Shown piece by piece: positions 29,627 to 38,046 of a stretch of DNA of 64,000 bases (position 1 is its first letter; the number at the start of each line of letters is the position of its first letter). The stretch lies in contig JANPLN010000009.1 in NCBI GenBank assembly GCA_031426555.1, positions 1-64,000 of the forward strand, written 5' to 3'. The translations under genes were made by a program, and so were the position numbers. This DNA comes from Bdellovibrionales bacterium. GTDB taxonomy: Bacteria > Bdellovibrionota > Bdellovibrionia > Bdellovibrionales > JAGQZY01. A model generated the notes under the pieces. The model did no database searches. It was not told the origin of the DNA and saw only the letters and a list, made by a program, of their open reading frames with translations.

Positions 29627-30724
29627 ATGGTATGCATGCAAAAGCTTATGAAGTTTTTTATTAGTCTATCTCTAGTTTTCCCTGGCCAACAATTGTTGGC
29701 TAAAGAAAAGCGAACTTTAGATTACAGAATCTACACAGCTTCTCTTTGGATCGATAACTTAAAGATGCCAATCACGAGTGGTAAAGCCGTTTGGATTGAC
29801 TCCATGTTTGTTATATTTAAAGCGAGTAAGGAATTAAGTTTGAATGATGTCCATTCAAATGTAATTCTTCAAATCAACGATTCCAAAGCGACCGGGACAC
29901 GAGCTGTGGTCGTGGATTACGATCTCTCTTCGGGTTGGATGTTGGCGGAAGTCAAAAAACAGGCTGTTTCAGCTCCACGACAAAAATTGGGCGATCAGCA
30001 AGTTGTGGATTTGCTGACGCAAAATGATTTGATCGATCATCGAGATAGAAAGCTTATTCTATCAGCCCTGGTTAAGTTTGACCAAAACCGCCACTCCCGT
30101 GGAATCGCCGGTGACAAAGATTTTTACGAAATGTTGGGACTACAAATTAAAGACTATGCGCAAAAAATGACCAATGCGATGGTTAAGAGTCAGCGTAAAA
30201 TTTTCTGGAAGAATAATATTTCGATGCCACTTCCGCTAGTGGACTCATGTTCAGTGGATTCAGATTTATTAATTAGAACAAAAAACCATGCTCAGCTCCG
30301 ATTAGAGCAGGCTTTTGCGTGTCATGTGCAAGGGTCACTCTCCTCTCGCGAGATCTCGTCAACCCTTAGGCCTGAGTATACAGTCCTGACAGGAGTACTT
30401 AAGACGGATGAGCCTTTTTTAAAGATACCATCTGTCGCGACGCAATTGGCGTTATTAGGCACACAAATGGATGCAGACACTGTTAGCGGAATGGCCTTGG
30501 GGCGTTGCATTTCCCATTGGATTGGCGAAAAGCAACTATACATGAAATCATGTGTTACTAAAAACGGAACCTTTAATGACTTATATAATGGCTATCATCT
30601 GATTGGCTTTTACCATAATCAAAAAATTATCTACAAATTTTTAAAGGCCAAAGGCTTTACGAAAGATAACCAAACGGAAATCGTTGAAAAAATGTTAAAT
30701 GCAACCCGGGGAAGCGTTCTGTGA
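29627..30724 (+). CDS. Secreted/periplasmic hypothetical protein (possible catalytically dead trypsin-like N-domain)
   Basis: Signal peptide (start may be 29636 or 29648). Overlaps the next gene by 4 nt. No His/Ser triad motifs. Confidence 0.7.
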   Translation: MVCMQKLMKFFISLSLVFPGQQLLAKEKRTLDYRIYTASLWIDNLKMPITSGKAVWIDSMFVIFKASKELSLNDVHSNVILQINDSKATGTRAVVVDYDLSSGWMLAEVKKQAVSAPRQKLGDQQVVDLLTQNDLIDHRDRKLILSALVKFDQNRHSRGIAGDKDFYEMLGLQIKDYAQKMTNAMVKSQRKIFWKNNISMPLPLVDSCSVDSDLLIRTKNHAQLRLEQAFACHVQGSLSSREISSTLRPEYTVLTGVLKTDEPFLKIPSVATQLALLGTQMDADTVSGMALGRCISHWIGEKQLYMKSCVTKNGTFNDLYNGYHLIGFYHNQKIIYKFLKAKGFTKDNQTEIVEKMLNATRGSVL

Positions 30725-31665
30725 CAAAAATAAGTGTATTTGTTGAGTCGAAAACGGGAGAAGTGCTGGGAGAAGTCTTTTCATTTAAAGATCGAATTTC
30801 CATTGGATCTGGTGAAGAATGCTCAATCTGCTTAAAAAATAATAAACTGGCCGAATTGGAACACGAAATTTATTTTTTGAACGGGGAGTGTTGGCTCCAG
30901 GTGGGGAAAGACGGTGCGCCGATTACCTCTTTAGGCAAACAGCATAGGTCTTTAAAAATCTCACAAAGTTCACAATTTCAATTTCGCGACATGGTGTTAA
31001 AAGTGATACTTGATTCCATTCCAGAATTTGAGAGTGAAGCCACAAAAATTGTAAACGAAACGATGCTTGATAATTCAGATAAAACGCGCGTTGTCAGCCA
31101 AAGTGAGCGGACCCTGGAAGTCGTTTCGTCGGCACCAGATCTAACTGATTTAGAGGCGACGAGAGTTGTTTCCAATCTTGAGCAAACAAAAATTCTTTCT
31201 GCCCAAGAAGCCACGCGCATATTGACGGTCGCGGAAAGCGTGGCGCCAGCTTTTGACGAAACTACTTTAACGAACACAAAAATACAGTTTAAAAAAAATA
31301 AGCAGAGCTATGAGATTCTGATCGCAAGAAGAAATATCTCCAGTCAGATCAACGATTTCTTCGACAGTCAGGATTTTAGTCGCGTAAGAGCGAACGTCCA
31401 GGATCTTTTAAATCAATTTCAAATAAAAGAACGAATATTTCCCATTTTAGGTGTCTTTTTTTTAGCTATTGCAGTTTTTATGATCGCCACGCGCGAAAAC
31501 CCAGTCGCAAGTACTGACATCCTAGCCAGCAACAAGCAAAAAAGCGACAGATTACCACTTTCAATAAAACCGACTCCCGCGCCAAATGGGACTGCCGGAT
31601 CCGAAGTGCCTTCGTCCCAGACAAAAGACGGGTATCTCAGCGAAATGTCCCGACTGTTTGAGTAA
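30721..31665 (+). CDS. Degenerate FHA-like domain membrane protein with repeated Thr motifs
   Basis: N-terminal FHA-like ISIGSGEECSICL (GR changed to GS, no SxxH). Repeats EATKIV/DKTRVV/EATRVV/EQTKIL/EATRIL. One TM near the C-terminus. Confidence 0.7.
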   Translation: MTKISVFVESKTGEVLGEVFSFKDRISIGSGEECSICLKNNKLAELEHEIYFLNGECWLQVGKDGAPITSLGKQHRSLKISQSSQFQFRDMVLKVILDSIPEFESEATKIVNETMLDNSDKTRVVSQSERTLEVVSSAPDLTDLEATRVVSNLEQTKILSAQEATRILTVAESVAPAFDETTLTNTKIQFKKNKQSYEILIARRNISSQINDFFDSQDFSRVRANVQDLLNQFQIKERIFPILGVFFLAIAVFMIATRENPVASTDILASNKQKSDRLPLSIKPTPAPNGTAGSEVPSSQTKDGYLSEMSRLFE

Positions 31666-31674
31666 GTCTAAGTA

Positions 31675-31702
31675 TAAAGATTTTTTCATCAAATTCCGAT
31701 CT
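31675..31702 (+). promoter_or_regulatory. Putative internal sigma28 promoter
   Basis: TAAA-N16-TCCGATCT in the 56-nt gap before the MotB-like gene. Same -10 octamer as the flagellin-1 promoter. Confidence 0.5.
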
Positions 31703-31721
31703 ACACATTGGAGAATTACAT

Positions 31722-33218
31722 ATGCCATTTGATAGAAAAAAAATTGGAAAAGAATCCCAAGATTCAATGTGGACATCGACATCCGACTTATTTTTAGGAT
31801 TGTCCGTTGTCTTCTTGCTCCTCTATGTTTCAGCAAGTCTGAAGCAAGGCACAGAGGGCTTTCAAAAACAGCAAGAGTACAAAGAGCTTACAAAAATAAA
31901 TCAAGATCTCAAAGAACAGATCAAAGTTTATGATTCTTTAAAGAAAAATTATCTTGAGACGCAGGCCTCCGAAGGCGAAAAAGAGACCTATGAAAAACTC
32001 ATGGGACAGTTGGATCTCCTTCAAGATGAATCACAAAAAGAAAAAAAAGATCTTATGAAACAAGCTAAGCAGCTTCAGGATAAAGAAGTTGCTTTGAATC
32101 AGTATCAACAGATTGTACGAAATATTATTAACTCGAGTATGCTTTCAAAATCACGAATCAAGCAACGTGATACGCTGATCGAGAAAAAAGAAGTCGTGAT
32201 CGATCAGAAAAATACTGAAATTGACTCTTTAGCCCAACAGATTGACGAAAAGAAGAAGGCGCTTGATGAAGGGCGTGCCTACGCAGAAAAATTGGAAAAT
32301 AATTTGAGTAGTAGTTTAAGCGATTTGCAAAAAGCTTACAAAAAGCAAAAAATGACGCAAACGAAGTTCTTAGCCCAGAAACAGAAAATACAATCCGAAT
32401 ACGAGCAAAGAATGGGTTCATTAAAAGAGGCGAATGCGCAAACAGAGGCTCAGCTCAACGCTCTAAGTAGCGATCTTCAGCAAACCAAGGGCCAACTCGG
32501 AAAAGCAAGTCAAGAGCTTGAACAGGCTGGACAAAATATCTCCGACCTCAAAGGGAAGTATGCTGGCGCTCTAGGGCAGGCACAGGAAATGTCAGGAAAA
32601 TTTGCGCAGGCCAATCAAAAAGTTTCTCAGCTCAGTGGTGATCTCGCAAAAGCACAGGAAAATCTCAACGCAAAGAGAAAGCTTGCCGAAGGTATTAAAG
32701 GAGCATTTGCAGCCAAAGGTATCAAAGCAGAAGTGGATCAAAAGAGCGGAGATGTTCTACTTTCCTTTGGAGAGGAATATTTTGATACGGGACGCTCTAT
32801 TTTAAAGCCCGGTATGAAAAAAGTGTTGGAACAGACGGTTCCCGAATATTCCAAGAGCTTATTTCAAAACAGATCCATCGCATCTAAAATATCGAACATT
32901 GAAATCATTGGTTTTGCATCGCCAACTTATAAAGGTAAGTATATAGATCCCACTAAGTTAAGCGGAGAAGATCGCGGAGCCGTTAATTACAATTTGGATT
33001 TAAGCTATCAACGCGCAAGATCTATTTTTGACCACGTGTACAGCAATATGACCTTTGAGCACAAAAAAGAAATGCTACCTCTCATTAAGGTCGCAGGACG
33101 TAGCTTTCTGGCAAATAAAGAGCGAAACATTGCAACTTCGGGCGCAGAAGATTTTTGTCTGAAAAATGATTGCTCAAAGCTACAAAAAGTTATCATTAAA
33201 TTTAATTTGAAAGACTAG
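31722..33218 (+). CDS. MotB/ZorB-like protein: TM, long coiled coil, OmpA-like PG-binding domain
   Basis: TM WTSTSDLFLGLSVVFLLL with the conserved-position Asp, ~300 aa heptad-rich region, then FDTGRSILK, IEIIGFAS, NLDLSYQRA. Confidence 0.8.
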   Translation: MPFDRKKIGKESQDSMWTSTSDLFLGLSVVFLLLYVSASLKQGTEGFQKQQEYKELTKINQDLKEQIKVYDSLKKNYLETQASEGEKETYEKLMGQLDLLQDESQKEKKDLMKQAKQLQDKEVALNQYQQIVRNIINSSMLSKSRIKQRDTLIEKKEVVIDQKNTEIDSLAQQIDEKKKALDEGRAYAEKLENNLSSSLSDLQKAYKKQKMTQTKFLAQKQKIQSEYEQRMGSLKEANAQTEAQLNALSSDLQQTKGQLGKASQELEQAGQNISDLKGKYAGALGQAQEMSGKFAQANQKVSQLSGDLAKAQENLNAKRKLAEGIKGAFAAKGIKAEVDQKSGDVLLSFGEEYFDTGRSILKPGMKKVLEQTVPEYSKSLFQNRSIASKISNIEIIGFASPTYKGKYIDPTKLSGEDRGAVNYNLDLSYQRARSIFDHVYSNMTFEHKKEMLPLIKVAGRSFLANKERNIATSGAEDFCLKNDCSKLQKVIIKFNLKD

Positions 33219-33227
33219 GAGCGTAAA

Positions 33228-34163
33228 ATGAGCGGTTTAGACCATGGTTTAAATGAAATGTTTAGTCAGTTTGTGACAGTTGCCAAGGCAGTGCATTTTC
33301 CAGCAATGCTATTGATGTTTGCTGCTGGCGCCTCTCTGCGTTGGTTGACTTACAAAATGGTGTACAAATACTACTATTTTGCGAGGGAGTTTGAGAACCG
33401 GGTCAGCCAATTTTTGGCCGAACAAAGTCCAAAAAAGACGACCCAATACTCATTTTATGTACTGTGTAAAAAGCTTTTGGAAAAAACGTTCTTTGAAATC
33501 ACCTCAGCTCGGGAAAAGAAAGAGAAGGGTGATTTTGATAGAATTGTTTTAGTGGATGACAGGCTTTTTTTAACAAAATGGGGAGCTTCATGGTTTGTTG
33601 TAAACAGTCTTAAGCAAATTCGTTTTTTACAATACGGAGCTAGTGACCCTAAATTAATGAACATCACAAAAACGCTACTAGGTAAAAATCCGGTATTCAC
33701 CAGACTTTTTGGTGTGATTCCGCTCGGTGGACTTAATGAGTTTTTAAATATGCTTCCAGGACTTTTTGTGATTGGCGGGATTTTCGGAACATTTTTGGGA
33801 GTTATGAAGGGTCTACCTGGCTTAAGTGCTATGGATTTAAGTGATCCGGCGACCACTAAAACTGTAATGGATTACTTTCTTGTTGAAGTATCGCTCTCCA
33901 TGGGAGCCTCGGTCACTGGTATTTTATTGAGCGTGATGATGACAATTGTTAACGTTTCGTTCAATCCTGAAAGACTGTACTCCGACATGACAGAAAGACT
34001 GGAAAACAATTTTGATTTGATTTGGAACTACGCAACGAACAACGAGGTTCCTTCGGACCTCAAATCTTTCGATGAGAACAGAAGTCCCGACGAAGTTCTT
34101 GCGGAGGCCAGTGTTATTCAGGAATTTAAAAAACATACGGGTGATTACGATAAAAGCGCTTAA
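33228..34163 (+). CDS. MotA/TolQ/ExbB (ZorA-like) ion channel subunit
   Basis: Three hydrophobic segments. LPGLFVIGGIFGTFLG and SMGASVTGILLS match the ExbB/TolQ/ZorA TM2-TM3 pattern. Confidence 0.75.
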   Translation: MSGLDHGLNEMFSQFVTVAKAVHFPAMLLMFAAGASLRWLTYKMVYKYYYFAREFENRVSQFLAEQSPKKTTQYSFYVLCKKLLEKTFFEITSAREKKEKGDFDRIVLVDDRLFLTKWGASWFVVNSLKQIRFLQYGASDPKLMNITKTLLGKNPVFTRLFGVIPLGGLNEFLNMLPGLFVIGGIFGTFLGVMKGLPGLSAMDLSDPATTKTVMDYFLVEVSLSMGASVTGILLSVMMTIVNVSFNPERLYSDMTERLENNFDLIWNYATNNEVPSDLKSFDENRSPDEVLAEASVIQEFKKHTGDYDKSA

Positions 34164-34180
34164 GCTAAGGAGCAATTACT

Positions 34181-36199
34181 TTGTTTTCTATTAAGATTAA
34201 GAGAAATAACAGCTTTGAGCTTTTCACATCGAAGGGTCCAGAGTTCATACTGGGGCGCGCCACGGATTGCAATATTGTAATCCAATCCGACGTTATTTCT
34301 CGTCATCATCTTAAAATCGTTGTGACTCCAGAAGAGGTTTTCATTCTTGATTTAAAATCAGCGAATGGTACCTACGTCGACGGACATCTCATCACTCCTC
34401 AACAACCCTATGTGGTCAGTGAGCTAAGTGATATCCGACTTGGAAACATGAAGGAAACCATTAAAATTTGTGATCCACGAGAAGAGCCTGAGAAGGTCGA
34501 TGTGCCTGCACCTAAAGAGGTATTTAACAAACCGTTGACTCCCAAGCCGCAGTCAACAGCTGTAAAAATCGCAATAGCTCCCCCAGAGGTTTCGCTGCAA
34601 GAAGTGAGTAAAAAAGCCGAAGCCATCTTGGAAAACGCTAAGAAAAAGGCTCGTGAAATTATTGCGCTGGCGGAACACGAAACTGATCAAAAATCTGCAA
34701 AAATGCTAGAAAATTCAGAAGCAATTATACGGGACGCAAAAGATCAGGCCGAGAAAATCATCATCAATGCTGAGGAGTCCACAAAGGTCATTATTAAAAA
34801 AGCAAAATTTGATGCCGAGACCATTGTTGATAAGGCAAATGTCCAATCCAAACTCATCGTAGATAAATCTTTAATGGAAGCTGATTTAGCTGTAGCTGAA
34901 GGACGACGTCGAGGCGAAAGCCTTGTAAAAAGTGAGCTACTACAAATAGAGAATGAGAAAATTAAGTTAAAAGAAATTTGGCTCGAAGAAGAAAAACGTT
35001 TGCGCGCTGACTTTAATAAATTCAAAGAAGAAGAAGGGGCTAAATTAAAGCAGCTTCATTTTGAAGAGCGCGAAAAAGTAAGAAAAGAGTTGGATGAAAA
35101 AAGAACTCTCTTCGCTAAGGAATTGCTTAAAAAGCAAGAAACTCTGCGGGTCGAAGAATCGGATTTGGTGAGTAGAAAGTATATCATCGAGAATGAAATA
35201 GAAACGATGCAAAATAAACACGAACAGTTAAAAAATGACTATGCACAGAAAAGTCTTGCTTTAAAAATTCAGTATGAAGAAGAAAAGGGTAAATCGGAGC
35301 TTACAGTTAATGCGTTAAAGAAAAAGTACGATGTCGAGATGGAGATCTACAAGAAAAGTGAACTCGAGCGGATGCAGTCCTACTTAAAGCAGCATCAGGG
35401 AACCCTCGATGAAAACCAAAAAATGCAAAATCTCAAGGCGAATTACTCTTTAAAGAAATCCATTGCTGCAGCCTTAGACCAAGGGCTCGGAGAGCATATC
35501 GACAAGGAACAAGTGAGTGTTCTCCTCGAGCGAGTGAGTAATAACATCGATCAAACGATTCACCAAATCGAAGAAGAAAAAAGAACGACGAGTGCTCTTT
35601 CTGAAAATTCGTCAGAAAAAACGGTACAGAATAGAAATTCAAAAACGGCAACGATTTTTGCTGTCGGACTTTGCGCAGCACTTATGGGCGTTTTTATGTT
35701 TTGGGATATCATCTATCAATCTCTCCGCCAGAGTGAGACCTATGCAAAGTTTATGTTTGATAAAATGCAGATCGAGAGTGTTTACGTGCCCATTCAAACC
35801 GCGGCATGGCGTAATTCTTACCGTGAGCGTGTGCTTTATTTAAAAGATTACGTGGAGTTTAAAACAAATTCGCTGTATTTGGATAAGTGGACCCAGCATC
35901 TTACAAACATCGAAAACGCCCAGTCTTTGCGACTTAGTGAAGATGAAATGGTTCAATTTTTAGCCCGTGAAATTAACCTCGTAAGTCAACTCTCGGCTTT
36001 GCAGAAGACCATAGATGCTCGTCAGCTCGAGCTAAGCCTCACAAAGCTGAAAGCAGCAGAAGATGAAGCGATGGCTGACTTCACTAAAACACTCAAATCC
36101 AAAGAGAATTTACAAAAAGTTTTAGATTGGGAAAAGCAGTTCGTGATGGAACATATGACCCGGCTTCAGCAACAGCGACTGCCAACAGGAAATAAATGA
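34181..36199 (+). CDS. FHA domain-coiled coil-TM protein
   Basis: Canonical FHA (LGRATDC..ISRHH..DLKSANGT), Pro-rich linker, A-x2-II-x2-A repeats, long coiled coil, one TM (~aa 490-510), C-terminal domain. TTG start with AAGGAG. Confidence 0.85.
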   Translation: MFSIKIKRNNSFELFTSKGPEFILGRATDCNIVIQSDVISRHHLKIVVTPEEVFILDLKSANGTYVDGHLITPQQPYVVSELSDIRLGNMKETIKICDPREEPEKVDVPAPKEVFNKPLTPKPQSTAVKIAIAPPEVSLQEVSKKAEAILENAKKKAREIIALAEHETDQKSAKMLENSEAIIRDAKDQAEKIIINAEESTKVIIKKAKFDAETIVDKANVQSKLIVDKSLMEADLAVAEGRRRGESLVKSELLQIENEKIKLKEIWLEEEKRLRADFNKFKEEEGAKLKQLHFEEREKVRKELDEKRTLFAKELLKKQETLRVEESDLVSRKYIIENEIETMQNKHEQLKNDYAQKSLALKIQYEEEKGKSELTVNALKKKYDVEMEIYKKSELERMQSYLKQHQGTLDENQKMQNLKANYSLKKSIAAALDQGLGEHIDKEQVSVLLERVSNNIDQTIHQIEEEKRTTSALSENSSEKTVQNRNSKTATIFAVGLCAALMGVFMFWDIIYQSLRQSETYAKFMFDKMQIESVYVPIQTAAWRNSYRERVLYLKDYVEFKTNSLYLDKWTQHLTNIENAQSLRLSEDEMVQFLAREINLVSQLSALQKTIDARQLELSLTKLKAAEDEAMADFTKTLKSKENLQKVLDWEKQFVMEHMTRLQQQRLPTGNK

Positions 36200-36951
36200 T
36201 TCTTATTAAATTAATTCTCATTTATTTTTGCCTTGCAGAAACCACGAGTAATCCATCGGCGCTCCGCGAGCGATTGAGCGTACCGTCCTTCTCCCAGCAA
36301 GATGCACGGAATGTCGGTTGGACTCCGAGAAACGCAGAGTTAAAAAATGTGTATATAAAACTCTATTTGGCCAACGAAGTTAACAAAGTCGCGCTCCGCA
36401 ATGCTTTTGAGTTTTACGAGAAAAATAGTTGCTCGTCATCTGCGAGATCCCAATCGTGCTGCCGCAATATGAGCTCTCAGACCTTAGCCATTTCGGATTT
36501 TACTCGTCCTTCTAACGAAAATCGTCTGCATCTGATTAATTTGCAAACTGGAACGTCTACCAATATGCTTGTGGCCCACGGCAGTGGTTCAGATCCCGAT
36601 CATGATCGCCGAGCGCAGACCTTCAGTAATCTCGCAAACTCAAATCAGACGCCTGCAGGATTCCATATCGCTCGCGGTCAGTATATGGGGAGCAATGGAT
36701 TGAGTTTGAATTTGCACGGCGTAGAACCGTCGCGGAACGGCAACTCCTATCGCCGTCGAATCGTAGTGCACGGAGCAAGTTATGTGCAAAGCGGAGGACG
36801 AAGCCACGGTTGCCTCGCAGTTGAACCAAAAAATATTCGCTCAGTGGTAGAAATGCTAAGTAACGATTCGCTTGTTTACAACTTTAACGGTGAGGCCGCG
36901 ATCAATGCGAATGCCTCAGAACTGTGTGCCGGAGCCACGGGACCTCAATAG
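36196..36951 (+). CDS. Murein L,D-transpeptidase catalytic-domain family (YkuD_2) protein
   Basis: DFTRPSNENRL, VAHGSGS, FSN, LNLHG, IVVHGASYV..GRSHGC. Confidence 0.88.
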   Translation: MILIKLILIYFCLAETTSNPSALRERLSVPSFSQQDARNVGWTPRNAELKNVYIKLYLANEVNKVALRNAFEFYEKNSCSSSARSQSCCRNMSSQTLAISDFTRPSNENRLHLINLQTGTSTNMLVAHGSGSDPDHDRRAQTFSNLANSNQTPAGFHIARGQYMGSNGLSLNLHGVEPSRNGNSYRRRIVVHGASYVQSGGRSHGCLAVEPKNIRSVVEMLSNDSLVYNFNGEAAINANASELCAGATGPQ

Positions 36952-37016
36952 ATTGCATCTGACGCCCTAATTCCCTAGACCTAGGGATAGTTTTATCAAA
37001 ATGAGATAAATACCCC

Positions 37017-37043
37017 TAAAGACTCATATTGAAACACCGATGA
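37017..37043 (+). promoter_or_regulatory. sigma28 promoter of flagellin
   Basis: TAAA-N15-ACCGATGA. Confidence 0.7.
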
Positions 37044-37082
37044 GTGATACAAGAGTAATTGCCCATAGAGTTATCTCTTAAA

Positions 37083-37120
37083 GTATCAATGGATGATACG
37101 TAGTGTTTTCAAGGAGGAAG
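37083..37120 (+). promoter_or_regulatory. Tandem CsrA-binding sites in flagellin leader
   Basis: Perfect hairpin gtatca-ATGGA-tgatac plus AAGGA overlapping the SD. Confidence 0.65.
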
Positions 37121-37121
37121 T

Positions 37122-37967
37122 ATGGGTTTGCGTATTAACACAAACACAGCGGCTTTAAACGCACAGAGAAATTTGTACGGTACAAAGCTAGCATTAGATA
37201 AAAGCTTGGAAAAGCTTTCTTCGGGTTTCCGAATCAATCGGGCCGGTGACGATGCTGCGGGTTTAGCGATCTCAGAAAGTTTGAGAGGACAGATTCGTGG
37301 ATTGAAAATGGCTTCGCGAAACGCACAAGACGGCGTCTCGATGATTCAGGTTGCCGAAGGTGGATTGCAAGAAGTCAGTAACATCCTCATCCGATTGCGC
37401 GAACTGGGTGTACAAGCAGCTTCTGACACTGTCGGGCCCATTGAACGCCAGCTTCTCAATGTAGAATATCAACAGTTACTCGATGAAATCGACCGTATTG
37501 CCGATTCCACAGAATTTAATGGCACGCCTCTTCTCAGCGGAACAGGAGCGATCCTAGATTTCCAAGTGGGCACACGGAACGATCCAAATATTGACAGACT
37601 TTCATTCGACGCTTCGAAAGCAGACGCGAATAGTGCTGCACTTGGAGTGAATTTAACCACAGTGGCAGATAAAGCCTCTGCACAAAATTCACTTTCGGCC
37701 ATTGACGAAGCCATCGTCGCAGTTTCGGCGACCCGGGCCGACTTTGGAGCCATGCAAAATCGATTGCAATCGACGATAAATAATTTGTCGATCTCTCTCG
37801 AGAACATGGCTGCAGCAAATAGTCGAATCCGTGATGTGGATGTTGCCGAAGAAACCGCTGAGCTCACCAAACAAAATATTCTGATGCAAGCAGGAACTTC
37901 TGTTTTGGCTCAAGCCAACCAAACATCTAAAAACGCTTTACAATTATTAAACTCAGCCTTTGGATAA
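37122..37967 (+). CDS. fliC: Flagellin (short, 281 aa)
   Basis: MGLRINTN, SSGFRINRAGDDAAGL, GAMQNRL, SRIRDVD. Confidence 0.96.
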   Translation: MGLRINTNTAALNAQRNLYGTKLALDKSLEKLSSGFRINRAGDDAAGLAISESLRGQIRGLKMASRNAQDGVSMIQVAEGGLQEVSNILIRLRELGVQAASDTVGPIERQLLNVEYQQLLDEIDRIADSTEFNGTPLLSGTGAILDFQVGTRNDPNIDRLSFDASKADANSAALGVNLTTVADKASAQNSLSAIDEAIVAVSATRADFGAMQNRLQSTINNLSISLENMAAANSRIRDVDVAEETAELTKQNILMQAGTSVLAQANQTSKNALQLLNSAFG

Positions 37968-38046
37968 CAAAGGCTGAATTTCTAGAGAAATTATCCTGAG
38001 CCTTCTCCCCCCAAAAGAGCTGGTTCAAGACCTGTCCCATCTGCTC

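Noticed and set aside
31722..34163. Calling the pair flagellar motA/motB or a Zorya defence system
   Set aside because: Gene order is reversed, the A subunit has an ExbB/ZorA-like three-TM pattern without the ZorA tail, and no ZorC/D/E-type helicase or nuclease is nearby. It is left unnamed.
36972..36987. Palindrome tccctag-ac-ctaggga upstream of the flagellin promoter
   Set aside because: Single short occurrence. It cannot be distinguished from chance or a weak terminator.
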